64,000 bases of DNA from the NCBI GenBank assembly GCA_964591715.1, contig CAZQDR010000004.1:375-64374 (forward strand), in the 5' to 3' direction. Shown piece by piece: positions 52,789 to 61,905 of the stretch. This DNA is from an uncultured Candidatus Saccharibacteria bacterium (lineage in GTDB: Bacteria; Patescibacteriota; Minisyncoccia; Phycocordibacterales; JACOZG01). The notes below the pieces were generated by a model, which worked only from the letters and a program-made list of their open reading frames with translations, searched no databases and was not told where the DNA came from. Each line of letters starts with the position of its first letter. The stretch's first letter is position 1. The position numbers were made by a program, and so were the translations under genes.

Positions 52789-53262
52789 ATGCAGCCGTCT
52801 ATTGAGGCGATTCAGGATGTCTTCTTTTGTGGGATGAGGGAAGGCTGGGCTTTTGGTTATGAGCCGGCCCAGAAAGGGCCCGAGCAATTTTACCGGTATG
52901 TCACTGGCAGCTGGGAACTCATAGACGGTTATGAGGCTGGTTTACCAGACCACTACAGTGTTGGGCAAACCACTATCCGGTATTGCGGGGTTCCGGTGTG
53001 GGTGATGCATTATTTTGGTTATTACCATCCGGCGGTGATCGATTGCGTGAAGCTGGCTCTTCGAGATTGTTACGTACGAAATTTCTTTTGGGGTGGGCGT
53101 GGTCCAGCAAAGTTTACTCACCTAGGCCTCACCTATCTCAACCATGTGTCTTTGGCTGCTTTGGAATTCCAGCGATTCTCGGGACAAGAAGAGGTGCTTC
53201 ATCCTCACGGATTCCAGTTAGGCTTTCATTGCTACCACGGTGGCGTCCTTTTTGCTCATTGA
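52789..53262 (+). CDS. Hypothetical protein (157 aa)
   Basis: RBS AGGAG before the ATG, with the strong terminator 53276-53312 right after the stop. No recognisable family. Confidence 0.45.
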   Translation: MQPSIEAIQDVFFCGMREGWAFGYEPAQKGPEQFYRYVTGSWELIDGYEAGLPDHYSVGQTTIRYCGVPVWVMHYFGYYHPAVIDCVKLALRDCYVRNFFWGGRGPAKFTHLGLTYLNHVSLAALEFQRFSGQEEVLHPHGFQLGFHCYHGGVLFAH

Positions 53263-53275
53263 AGCGACGACAAAC

Positions 53276-53312
53276 TAAACCCCCGACTGCGCCCGCAGTC
53301 GGGGGTTATTTT
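53276..53312. terminator. Bidirectional rho-independent terminator
   Basis: CCCCCGACTGCG/CGCAGTCGGGGG stem (12 bp) with CCCG loop and T-rich tracts on both sides, between convergent genes. Confidence 0.75.
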
Positions 53313-53319
53313 TTAATAA

Positions 53320-53697
53320 TTAGTGAGCTAGACTGCCAATTTTGAAGTTGGCCAGGGCAGCCTCGGGCTGGGGTTGGCCACCGTGTTGATTAGTGAAGGC
53401 GCTGGAGCCATCAGTACCGCACAGGCCCAAGATGGCTTGACTGCCGCCTGGGTGATCACTAATCCAACTGGTCAGATCGTAAACTGAACCATTAACGGCG
53501 GCGTAGCAACTGGTGGCACTGTTATGCTTGGCGATTTCGGCCAAACTAATCTCGTCCGCAGCGACCGGCGTACTGGTTGCTATTGGTTCTGGGGTAGGGG
53601 TCACCGGAGCGGAAGTACCCTGATTGTAATTAAAGGCGACGGCACCAATAATAATCAAAACAATAACGATAATAGAAATAAGTAAGGTTTTATTCAT
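53320..53697 (-). CDS. Membrane-anchored cytochrome b5-like heme-binding domain protein
   Basis: TM helix 'LLISIIVIVLIIIGAVAF'. Cyt-b5-like 'ISLAEIAKHNSATSCYAAVNGSVYDLTSWISDHPGGSQAIL' carries the HPGG motif, with a second His in 'FTNQHGG'. Start taken at MNKTLL. Confidence 0.5.
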   Translation of the reverse strand: MNKTLLISIIVIVLIIIGAVAFNYNQGTSAPVTPTPEPIATSTPVAADEISLAEIAKHNSATSCYAAVNGSVYDLTSWISDHPGGSQAILGLCGTDGSSAFTNQHGGQPQPEAALANFKIGSLAH

Positions 53698-53704
53698 AAA
53701 TATT

Positions 53705-54121
53705 TTATTGGCGATTAAATGGTGCGGTTGATGAGGCGGGGCGGATTTGAATTGCTTGGGCGCTAACACTGCCGTCTTGGTTAGGGCTACCGGTGACGGA
53801 AATTTGTTGACCCACCTGCAAGTCGGTAACCGATCCCGCAGTCATTTTGGTGACAGCGGTAGAGGAACTGAAGAAGATAATTTTTGAACCAGCCTCACGC
53901 AGTTTGAGGGTAATACTTTGATTGTCGGCGCTCATAATTTCGCCAGCCGTTACGGCGCCTTGAGGCAGCCCCATTGTGGCGCGGTTAAAGTTGCGGTTGG
54001 CGTTTTGTCCGGCCAGTCCCGCGGCCGCGGGACTGGCGGCCGCTTTGCTGCCGCTATAGTAGCCGGCCAAACCGCCGACAGCTAGAGCAATAATAAGATA
54101 AGTGATGATTTGTTTGTTCAT
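53705..54121 (-). CDS. Hypothetical membrane-anchored protein (138 aa)
   Basis: N-terminal TM helix and an Ala/Ser/Gly-rich extracytoplasmic domain. Confidence 0.4.
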   Translation of the reverse strand: MNKQIITYLIIALAVGGLAGYYSGSKAAASPAAAGLAGQNANRNFNRATMGLPQGAVTAGEIMSADNQSITLKLREAGSKIIFFSSSTAVTKMTAGSVTDLQVGQQISVTGSPNQDGSVSAQAIQIRPASSTAPFNRQ

Positions 54122-54134
54122 GATGATAATTATT

Positions 54135-55346
54135 TTATTCGTAACGCAGGGCCTGGATCGGGTTTAGTCCCGCGGCGCGTCGCGCCGGGTAGTAACCAAA
54201 CAAGATCCCAATGGCCGCTGAGACACCGAAGGCCAACAGCACCGAACTTAGCGATACCTTAGTTTGGATAATACCGGTGCTGGTGACAATAAATGATATC
54301 AGCCAGCCCAAAAGTACGCCAATCAGTCCGCCGACAAAGGTGAGCATCACCGCCTCGATTAGGAACTGGAGATTAATATCGCGGCGCTTGGCCCCAATCG
54401 CTTTGCGCAAGCCGATCTCCTTGGTCCGCTCGGTGACAGTGGTGAGCATCATATTCATAATACCGATACCACCAACGACGAGCGAAATGCCAGCAATCGA
54501 GGCCAGAAAGAGCGTGAAGGTGTTTACCACTTGCGAGAGTGTGCCCAAGATATCTTGCTGGGAGATAATGGAAAAGTCAGCTTCGTCCACGCGGTGTTTC
54601 TCGAGCAGGGCATCAGTAATGACTTGCTGGACAGCGCTGATGTTATCTTTGTCGGTAACCGAGACTGAAATAGTTGATAGGTAGTCCACGCCACTTAAAA
54701 CTTTTTGCATTGTTGAGAGGGGGACGATTACCATATCGTCAGGACCAGAGAAGCCCGCCCCACCCTTGGACTCAAGAACGCCGACAACGCGGAAGATGCT
54801 GCCGTTAATGCGCAGACTTTTACCGATCGGGTCGTCCTCACCGAAGAGGTCCGTTGCGACTGTGGCACCGAGCACCGCCTCGCGGCCAATGTTTCTTAGC
54901 GAAGCGTCCGAAATAAATGAGCCGTTACTTAAATTTAAATTTCTTAGCGTTAGGTAGCTTGGGTTAACGCCGTTAACCGTGGTGTTGGTGTTGTTGCCGG
55001 TGCCGGCCGCGATCTGGAAGCGGCGTGAGAGTTCGGGCGAAATCAAAGAGACACCCTCAATGGCCTCAATCACTCCAACATCCTCGTTCAATAATGTTTG
55101 GGCCGAGCCGCGTCCAGAGGAGACAATGCCGCGGCCGGGTTGGACGACACCTGGCAGAATGGTCAGCAAATTGGAGCCCAAGCCCTCGATGCTCGACTGG
55201 ATTTGGGCCTTGGCCCCCTCGCCAATTGATACCATGGCAATAACTGAGCTGATACCAATAACGATACCGAGCATGGTTAAACCCGAACGGACTTTGTTGG
55301 CTGAGAGGGCGGTATAAGTCTCGTGGAAGATGTCGCGGATGGTCAT
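54135..55346 (-). CDS. ABC transporter permease, MacB/FtsX family
   Basis: N-terminal TM helix, large periplasmic MacB-type domain, and C-terminal FtsX four-helix bundle ('LRKAIGAKRRDI'). Confidence 0.85.
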   Translation of the reverse strand: MTIRDIFHETYTALSANKVRSGLTMLGIVIGISSVIAMVSIGEGAKAQIQSSIEGLGSNLLTILPGVVQPGRGIVSSGRGSAQTLLNEDVGVIEAIEGVSLISPELSRRFQIAAGTGNNTNTTVNGVNPSYLTLRNLNLSNGSFISDASLRNIGREAVLGATVATDLFGEDDPIGKSLRINGSIFRVVGVLESKGGAGFSGPDDMVIVPLSTMQKVLSGVDYLSTISVSVTDKDNISAVQQVITDALLEKHRVDEADFSIISQQDILGTLSQVVNTFTLFLASIAGISLVVGGIGIMNMMLTTVTERTKEIGLRKAIGAKRRDINLQFLIEAVMLTFVGGLIGVLLGWLISFIVTSTGIIQTKVSLSSVLLAFGVSAAIGILFGYYPARRAAGLNPIQALRYE

Positions 55347-56026
55347 AATTTTTTATCTTGAATAATTTCGCCGTCACGCAAATAAATAATTCGGCGGGCA
55401 TGCTGGGCAACGTCGAGCTCGTGAGTAATTAACACAATGGTTCGGCCAAGTTCCTCGTTAAGTTTTTTGAAAGTGTCCAAAACAATTTCGCCCGTTTTAG
55501 TATCGAGGTTGCCGGTTGGCTCATCCGCTAGGATTAGCGAAGGATTGTTAACTAAAGCGCGGGCGATAGCCACGCGCTGAATTTGACCACCCGAGAGCTG
55601 GTTGGAGCGATGGTAAAAGTGAGCCTCATCCAAGCCGGCGGCGGTCAGAGCCGCCTTGGCCCGCTTAACTCGCTCTACGTCGCTAACGCCCGCATAAACG
55701 AGCGGTAACATGGCGTTCCTTAGCACTGTGGTGCGGGGCAAGAGGTTGAAGGACTGAAAGACGAAACCAATTTTATCGCGGCGAATGTCGGCCAGTTCAT
55801 CGTCGCTTAAAGTCGAAACATCTTTGCCGTCTAAAAGATACGTTCCCGCGGTTGGCGTATCAAGAGCGCCTAAAATATGCATTAGCGTTGATTTGCCCGA
55901 GCCCGACGGTCCCATGATCGCCACAAACTCGCCGTCATCAATCGTAAAGCTCGCACCCTTGAGCGCCTGGAAGGGTAAGGTCCCGATGGAGTCGTAGGTT
56001 TTGCTGATATTGGTTACTTGGATCAT
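55343..56026 (-). CDS. ABC transporter ATP-binding protein (MacB/LolD-type)
   Basis: Walker A 'GPSGSGKSTLMHILG', signature 'LSGGQIQRVAIARAL', Walker B 'LILADEPTGNLD'. Start taken at the internal Met (MIQVTN) to avoid a 50-nt overlap with the adaptor gene. Confidence 0.9.
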   Translation of the reverse strand: MIQVTNISKTYDSIGTLPFQALKGASFTIDDGEFVAIMGPSGSGKSTLMHILGALDTPTAGTYLLDGKDVSTLSDDELADIRRDKIGFVFQSFNLLPRTTVLRNAMLPLVYAGVSDVERVKRAKAALTAAGLDEAHFYHRSNQLSGGQIQRVAIARALVNNPSLILADEPTGNLDTKTGEIVLDTFKKLNEELGRTIVLITHELDVAQHARRIIYLRDGEIIQDKKL

Positions 56027-56027
56027 T

Positions 56028-57677
56028 TTAACGAGTCGTTGCGCGAGGAGCGGCGGTGGTGCGGTTGTTACCACCAAAGAGGCTCGGGCTACTGGCGGGC
56101 GCTGCTGCTGCCGTCGCCGAGATAGTTCGCGAAACTACCTGATCGCCCTCGCTTAAGCCTGAAAGAATCTCGGTGTCCGAGTCGCTGGTGCTGCCCACTA
56201 CGACCACCTTCTCTGTTGGCACCATTGCGGAGCTCACACCAACTGTCCCAGCTGGGCCCTCAGGTAGTGGGGGATCAAAGACTAAAACATAGCGGGATTC
56301 GCCGCTGGACTTAACCGCGCCATTGGGCACGGTTAGAACATTTGATTTAACCTCAGTAATAATCGCCGCGGTAACACTCATACCCGGTTTGATCCGGACA
56401 TCATCAGTATCAAAAACTATTTTGACGTTGTAAGTCACGACCCCTTGGTCAACGGTGCCCACTTGGTCAACCTCGCTCACCTCGCCGCTAATCGTTAAGC
56501 CCTCGATCGCGTCAAAGGTGAGAGTGGCTTTGTTACCAACGCTTATTTTGGAGACATCCACCTCGTTGAGTGAGATGTCGGCAATTTTTTTAGCGCTCAC
56601 CACTGTCGCCACGACAGTACTGCCACTCACCGAGTCGGCGACCTTCACATTCATTTTGCCAACAATGCCCGCAAACGGCGCGCGGATAAAGTAATCATTA
56701 TAAGCTTGTTCTTTTTGACGGAGAGCAAGTTGCTGTGAGGCGATATCCAAGCTATCAGCACCCTCAACAAGATCAGACAAGGCATTTTTACTGTTGGTGA
56801 GAGAATTGATGGCGGAAATGATGCTGGAAGAGTTCTCGTTTATGGTGGTGGACCAGGTGTTCACATTGTTGCCCGCCGTGGTAGCGGCCGCAGGTTGGTA
56901 GGTAGGCTCATTGGTGGCCAAGAAGACGATGGCCGAACGGGCATCCTTTAAACTCTCGGCGTAGTATTGGGCTAACTGGGCAGTGTCGCTAAGAAAAGAC
57001 TCGATATTCTCGGCGGTGCTTGTCCGAGAGAGCGTACTGTATTTGATCAGGGAGGAGTTGTAAAACTTTTCCGCTCTGTCAAAGTTGCGAGCGGCGCGGT
57101 CGCGATAGTCGCGGGCCGTCACATTGCTCGAAAAGACGCCCCCGCCGTTATTGTTAAGGTAACCACTTGTTCCGTATAAGAGATCTTTTAGGCCGCTGTT
57201 AACGACCGGCAAATCTAAAAAGGTTCCGGTGATGGCGTTCCAGGCATCGTTATAACTTTTGTTGACTGAGTCGCGAGCGGCGACCAAATCCTTGGCGTCG
57301 GCTGGCTTAACCAACTTTTGGTAGGCGATCCGGGCTGTCTCTAAAGCAATCTCGGCGTCGCGCGCATCAATTTGAGCTAAGAGCTGGCCGGCGCCCACTG
57401 TTTGGCCGGTGGTAGCACCAATCGCCACCACGTCACCGGAGACCTTACTTTTAACATCAAGCTGGCTGGAGCCCGACACTTGTCCAGTGCCGGAGATGGA
57501 GCTGATCAGGTTGCCTCTCGTTGCGGTCGTTAAAACATACCGGGGTTGGCCGCTGGTGCTAGTGGCCGAGCGGATACTATAGTAGGCGATAGCCGCGATG
57601 ACTAAAACCAAAATACTGCTTAAAATCAGGTGGGCCCGAACCCAAGTCTTGGCACGATAAAAAAATGTAGTGTTCAT
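56028..57677 (-). CDS. Periplasmic adaptor (HlyD/MacA membrane-fusion family) protein
   Basis: N-terminal TM helix, biotin-lipoyl-like 'DVKSKVSGDVVAIGATTGQTVGAGQLLAQID', a long coiled-coil, and a C-terminal beta-barrel region. Confidence 0.7.
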   Translation of the reverse strand: MNTTFFYRAKTWVRAHLILSSILVLVIAAIAYYSIRSATSTSGQPRYVLTTATRGNLISSISGTGQVSGSSQLDVKSKVSGDVVAIGATTGQTVGAGQLLAQIDARDAEIALETARIAYQKLVKPADAKDLVAARDSVNKSYNDAWNAITGTFLDLPVVNSGLKDLLYGTSGYLNNNGGGVFSSNVTARDYRDRAARNFDRAEKFYNSSLIKYSTLSRTSTAENIESFLSDTAQLAQYYAESLKDARSAIVFLATNEPTYQPAAATTAGNNVNTWSTTINENSSSIISAINSLTNSKNALSDLVEGADSLDIASQQLALRQKEQAYNDYFIRAPFAGIVGKMNVKVADSVSGSTVVATVVSAKKIADISLNEVDVSKISVGNKATLTFDAIEGLTISGEVSEVDQVGTVDQGVVTYNVKIVFDTDDVRIKPGMSVTAAIITEVKSNVLTVPNGAVKSSGESRYVLVFDPPLPEGPAGTVGVSSAMVPTEKVVVVGSTSDSDTEILSGLSEGDQVVSRTISATAAAAPASSPSLFGGNNRTTAAPRATTR

Positions 57678-57782
57678 TGATTAGTAGTTTATCACTTTTA
57701 GAACAAAACTCCACCTGGTATATCTCTGAGGCTGTTTCGGTGTATAATATGAAGGTGAAGGTTCTATTACTATAAATAACTT

Positions 57783-57941
57783 ATGACTATGGACGAAGAG
57801 ACAATGCAGCAGGACAGCGTAGTTTGTCCTGAGTGCGGTAGCGACATGAAGAAGGATGGAGAAATGATGACTTGCGAGAAGTGTGGTCACACTATGCCAG
57901 CTGGCGAGGGCAGCAGCGAGGACAAGGAGGAGATGGTCTAA
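57783..57941 (+). CDS. Small zinc-ribbon protein (52 aa)
   Basis: 'CPECGSDMKK...CEKCGHTM' and an acidic tail. TATAAAT 7 nt upstream (possibly leaderless) and a strong terminator right after the stop. Below the track's size cut-off. Confidence 0.35.
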   Translation: MTMDEETMQQDSVVCPECGSDMKKDGEMMTCEKCGHTMPAGEGSSEDKEEMV

Positions 57942-57961
57942 GCCCGAACCGAACGCAACCA

Positions 57962-58004
57962 CAAAAAGGGTGCTATACTCAAGGAGTAGAGCACCCTTTT
58001 TAGT
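57962..58004 (+). terminator. Rho-independent terminator
   Basis: AAAAAGGGTGCTATACTC...GAGTAGAGCACCCTTTTT hairpin. Confidence 0.7.
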
Positions 58005-58017
58005 CTGCAAACTCATT

Positions 58018-58596
58018 ATGAATAATACTCCCATTACGGAATCAATAGTGCTCGGCGGCGGCTGCTTTTGGTGTACCGAAGCGGTGTTTAAAATGTTGCG
58101 CGGCGTTAAGTCGGTAATGCCGGGCTATGCGGGCGGTACCAATACCAAGTCGGGCCAGTCGCCAACCTATGAGGAAGTCTCAACGGGTAAGACGGGTCAC
58201 GCCGAGGCGGTTAAAATTGTTTACGATCCACTCCTAATTAAGCTTGAGGATTTACTGACTGTCTTTTTTGCCACTCACGATCCGACCACGCCCGACCGCC
58301 AGGGTAATGACATTGGTCCCCAGTATCGCTCAATTATTTTGTATAACACGTCCGAGCAGAGAGTGGCAGCTGAAATGTTTATTAAAGAATTAAATGCCAG
58401 TAGCGCGAGTGGGGCGCCGATTGTGACCGAGCTTAAGCCGCTTAAGAACTTTTATGAAGCCGAGGACTATCACCAGGATTATTACGCCAAGAACTCGCGG
58501 CAGATGTATTGTCAGGTGGTGATCAATCCCAAGCTTGAGAAAGTCCAGCAAAAGTTTGGCGCCCTACTTGATCGCCCCGAGGAGCACGTGCGCTAA
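58018..58596 (+). CDS. msrA: Peptide methionine sulfoxide reductase MsrA
   Basis: 'ESIVLGGGCFWCTEAVF' (the active-site GCFWC) and 'YHQDYY'. Start taken at MNNTPI after the terminator. The track ORF starts upstream. Confidence 0.9.
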   Translation: MNNTPITESIVLGGGCFWCTEAVFKMLRGVKSVMPGYAGGTNTKSGQSPTYEEVSTGKTGHAEAVKIVYDPLLIKLEDLLTVFFATHDPTTPDRQGNDIGPQYRSIILYNTSEQRVAAEMFIKELNASSASGAPIVTELKPLKNFYEAEDYHQDYYAKNSRQMYCQVVINPKLEKVQQKFGALLDRPEEHVR

Positions 58597-58607
58597 TTTA
58601 AATTGTC

Positions 58608-60185
58608 ATGAGTTTAGTCCGCGCGAAAAATATCTATAAAAGTTACAACGAGCATCCGGTGTTGGCGGATGTCAGTTTTAGTTTGGAGCCCGGGCAAAAA
58701 GTGGCCCTGGTTGGACCCAACGGCACGGGCAAGACCACGCTCTTAAAGATTATTGCGGGATTGGAGGAAATGGAGAAAGGATCGCTCCAGTTTGCCAAAA
58801 ACTTACGCATTGGCTACCTGGCCCAAGACACTAGCCTGGCCGGCCAAGAGACGGTAGCCGAGTATTTGCGCGGCCGCCAAGAGCGCGGCGAGCCGGATTA
58901 TCACTGGCAAGTGATGCTGGCCGGTTTTGGCCTTCTAGACGAGACCCACGGGCGGCCGCTGCAAGAGCTAAGCAGTGGTCAAAAAAGCAAAGTGGCCTTG
59001 GCGGGCATCTTGCTGCGCGGCGCCGACTTATTATTGCTCGACGAACCAACCAATAATTTGGATTTGCCGGCGCTGATTTGGCTGGAGGACTTTTTGCTTA
59101 AGTCGGAGGCGGCCGCACTGGTTGTCTCGCATGACCGCCGCTTCCTTGACCGGGTGGTGCGCAAAATTTTTGAACTCGACTGGGAAACGCGCGGGCTCAA
59201 AATCAGCGGCGGTAGTTACAGCGATTATTTAATGATGGAGGTTAAGCGGCTCAATCGTCGCAAAGAGGAGTATCGCCTGCAACAGGAGGAGATTGCGCGG
59301 CTTAAAAGTGCCGTGGTGGAGAAGCGCGAGGATGCCGAGGCGGGCGCGCGCTTTGTGGGTACCGACAACGATAAATTGATTCGCGGCTTCTTTCGTGATC
59401 GGGCCAAGGGTTCGGCGCGCACGGCAACCGTCATCAATCGTCGCATTAAACGGATTAAGCGGGTGGATGATCCGGAGGAGCGTGAGCCGCTGGTGTTGGA
59501 GGTAGCCGCGGATCGCGGCACGGGCGAACTAGATTTGGCGGCGCAAAAAGTGCTGGCCGGTTACCCCGATGGTTTTAAACTCGGACCGGTAACGCTCGAC
59601 ATCCGCTTTGGTACGCGCGTGGGTATTATGGGTTTAAATGGCTCGGGCAAATCAACACTTTTAAAAACGCTGACGGGGGAGCTCGCACCGCTGGCCGGTA
59701 ACGTGAGTGTGGGCTCGGGAGTGCGTTTTGGCAACATGATGCAAGAGCACGAGAGTTTAAATCGGGAGCAGACACCGCTCGAATTTTTGCAGGCGAAGAC
59801 GACGCTCCGAGTGCAAGATATTTTTAATTTGTTAGTAAAATTTAATTTTGACGAACCGCAGATCAAAGCCGCGATTGGTACCTTAAGTCCAGGTGGTCGG
59901 GCGCGATTGCTCCTGGCCCTCTTCTCAGCCCAAGGTGTTAACACGCTGGCGCTCGATGAGCCGACTAATCATTTGGATATTGATGCCCAAGCGGCGCTTG
60001 AGGCCATGCTCGCCAGTTATGAGGGGACAGTGCTTTTGGTCTCGCACGATCGCTACTTTATTGAGCAAGCCAAATTGGATTATGTTTACGTGCTCGAAGA
60101 TAACACTTTGCATAAAATTGGCGACTACGCCGAGTATGTAGCTAAGGCCGAGGAACGGGCCAAACGCCTGTTGCGCCTCCTGTAG
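58608..60185 (+). CDS. ABC-F family ATPase (two fused ABC domains, no TM segments)
   Basis: Two Walker A motifs ('GPNGTGKTTLL', 'GLNGSGKSTLL'), two signatures ('LSSGQKSKVALA', 'LSPGGRARLLLA'), and an inter-domain linker with a coiled-coil. Confidence 0.9.
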   Translation: MSLVRAKNIYKSYNEHPVLADVSFSLEPGQKVALVGPNGTGKTTLLKIIAGLEEMEKGSLQFAKNLRIGYLAQDTSLAGQETVAEYLRGRQERGEPDYHWQVMLAGFGLLDETHGRPLQELSSGQKSKVALAGILLRGADLLLLDEPTNNLDLPALIWLEDFLLKSEAAALVVSHDRRFLDRVVRKIFELDWETRGLKISGGSYSDYLMMEVKRLNRRKEEYRLQQEEIARLKSAVVEKREDAEAGARFVGTDNDKLIRGFFRDRAKGSARTATVINRRIKRIKRVDDPEEREPLVLEVAADRGTGELDLAAQKVLAGYPDGFKLGPVTLDIRFGTRVGIMGLNGSGKSTLLKTLTGELAPLAGNVSVGSGVRFGNMMQEHESLNREQTPLEFLQAKTTLRVQDIFNLLVKFNFDEPQIKAAIGTLSPGGRARLLLALFSAQGVNTLALDEPTNHLDIDAQAALEAMLASYEGTVLLVSHDRYFIEQAKLDYVYVLEDNTLHKIGDYAEYVAKAEERAKRLLRLL

Positions 60186-60255
60186 AGCTTTGTTAGAGTA
60201 AATACGGATAGTTGCTCGGACATCGATTCGCACTTACCACTGTGAAAGGGGCGGT

Positions 60256-60672
60256 ATGAGTGAAGTGATGCCAGATTTTTATACAGGAAAAGTTGGGTGG
60301 CGGAGTTGGTTGAAGCGACGTTACACCTGCGGCCATCGCGCCAGTCGGTCATTCGTGATCATCTTGCCTGGAGAGGATCGAAGATGCATCTCGCAGAGGC
60401 AGTTTTGTCCGGAGTGTTACCTGGCCGACCTGAAGAATCGGAGACCCCAAGCCCGCTGTGGCCGTTGTGGGGCCGAGATCTTGCCGGGCGATTCGGTGGC
60501 ACTTTGCTCGGCCAAGCTGCCGGGCTTGCGGCCGGATGTCACTATAGTGAACGGCGCTCATGCCTTGCTGTGTCTCAAAATGGAATGCTCATTCCCCGGA
60601 CACGCTGGTGGTTACTGGACACTGACTGGCTACCACCCGGTTTGCGAAACTATGGCTCTCGCTCAAGTTTGA
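60256..60672 (+). CDS. Hypothetical Cys-rich protein (138 aa) in GC-rich segment
   Basis: RBS AAAGGGG before the ATG, with a strong terminator at 60688-60722. No recognisable family. An overlapping alternative frame (60297-60737) also exists. Confidence 0.3.
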   Translation: MSEVMPDFYTGKVGWRSWLKRRYTCGHRASRSFVIILPGEDRRCISQRQFCPECYLADLKNRRPQARCGRCGAEILPGDSVALCSAKLPGLRPDVTIVNGAHALLCLKMECSFPGHAGGYWTLTGYHPVCETMALAQV

Positions 60673-60687
60673 GCCAAGCGGCTCACA

Positions 60688-60722
60688 GAAAAAGCCGCCT
60701 GCGTCGCAGGCGGCTTTATTTT
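60688..60722. terminator. Bidirectional rho-independent terminator
   Basis: AAAGCCGCCTGCG/CGCAGGCGGCTTT stem with T-run, between convergent genes. Confidence 0.75.
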
Positions 60723-60733
60723 TGGTCCAGTTT

Positions 60734-60925
60734 TTAGTCTGCGTCTTGCTCGATTTTGGGCGGGAAGGCGAAGACGAGTAAACTGATCGCACAGGCGATA
60801 AAGACCACGGTACCAAAGGTCGAGTGAGCCGGCCTCAATAGACAGCCCACAACATCGAAGTGGCCAAGCATCGTCACCGCAACGATAATGCCGGGCAACC
60901 ATCGCCACCGCACTGGCTTGTACAT
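60734..60925 (-). CDS. Hypothetical small membrane protein (63 aa from MYKPV)
   Basis: RBS AGAGGAGG before the internal ATG. Two hydrophobic segments. Confidence 0.35.
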   Translation of the reverse strand: MYKPVRWRWLPGIIVAVTMLGHFDVVGCLLRPAHSTFGTVVFIACAISLLVFAFPPKIEQDAD

Positions 60926-61054
60926 AGGCACCTCCTCTTTTTTAACGATACCACAAATCACGAGAGAGTCAATTGCCGGCCGCCCGCTTGCATTTTGGGC
61001 GGCCGGCTCTAGTATAAACGGCAGATTCCTCTAGCTATTTGAAAGGAGATAACG

Positions 61055-61870
61055 ATGGGACGAGTCTTTACGCCAACCGAGTTGGCGAAGCGTCAGTGGC
61101 CGCACCCGAGCGAGTTTACCCGGATCTTGAGCACGACAGACGGAGCACTCAAGGAGGCGCGGTCAATTGTTGCGACTTTGATCTTCGGTTCTCTGTGTTA
61201 CGAGGGTGATGATCTGCGGAGCGACATTGACTGGTTGGTGATTTACCACGACAAGAAGGCGCACGAGGCGCGAGAGCTGTTGACCACGTTGGCGCAAGCG
61301 GCGCGGGAGGCCTATGTTCCGCTTGATCTGCTTATCTTGAGTAAGCGCCAGGCGGAGAAGGGCGTGCACTCGATCGGCCCGCTCTTCCTCGGTCATCTGG
61401 CCAAGGTGGAAAAGAGCGGTGGTCACAAGGGCCAGCCGCTCCAGCTCATTAAGCCGACGGGGATTACGGCCTATCATGAGACCCAGCTGTACTTAGGTCA
61501 CAAGCTGGCAAGCTTGGAGAAGCAGTCAGTCAATCTCAATTGGGAGGATGAGAAAGCGCTGGTGACCTTGCTCCAAAAAGCGCTCGAGGCGCCGATCCAG
61601 GTGGCGCGCAAGGTGATGTCCACGCTGACGGGCGTCGAGCTTGGCGGTAAGAAAGAGGTGCTAAGCGAGTACAGCGCTCGCTTTGGTGATCAAACCAATC
61701 ACGCGTTGCGTGAGTTGGTAAATGCTGATCGGCATTATGACAATGAGTTAAAAGTCTTGCGTCGCGACTACTCTGACGAGAAGTATCGCCAGTTGCTGCG
61801 CGAGCTTTTGGACGAGGTGCCGCGCGTGCTCGACTTTCTCCAGCTCAATGCCAAAATCCTGGCGGGTTAA
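61055..61870 (+). CDS. Pol-beta-superfamily nucleotidyltransferase domain protein with C-terminal helical domain (ANT/Lnu-like architecture)
   Basis: Minimal NTase motif 'LIFGSLCYEGDDLRSDIDWLVIY' (GS..x..D.D), then ~190 aa of predicted helices. 271 aa. Confidence 0.55.
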   Translation: MGRVFTPTELAKRQWPHPSEFTRILSTTDGALKEARSIVATLIFGSLCYEGDDLRSDIDWLVIYHDKKAHEARELLTTLAQAAREAYVPLDLLILSKRQAEKGVHSIGPLFLGHLAKVEKSGGHKGQPLQLIKPTGITAYHETQLYLGHKLASLEKQSVNLNWEDEKALVTLLQKALEAPIQVARKVMSTLTGVELGGKKEVLSEYSARFGDQTNHALRELVNADRHYDNELKVLRRDYSDEKYRQLLRELLDEVPRVLDFLQLNAKILAG

Positions 61871-61881
61871 TTACTCGCCTC

Positions 61882-61905
61882 GGCCCTCCTCGGAGGGCCT
61901 TTTTC
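61882..61905 (+). terminator. Rho-independent terminator
   Basis: GGCCCTC/GAGGGCC stem with T5. Confidence 0.55.

Noticed and set aside
57681-58034. Minus-strand 117-aa ORF between the adaptor gene and msrA
   Set aside because: Overlaps a strong plus-strand terminator and the msrA start. The plus-strand zinc-ribbon mini-gene plus terminator explains the region better.
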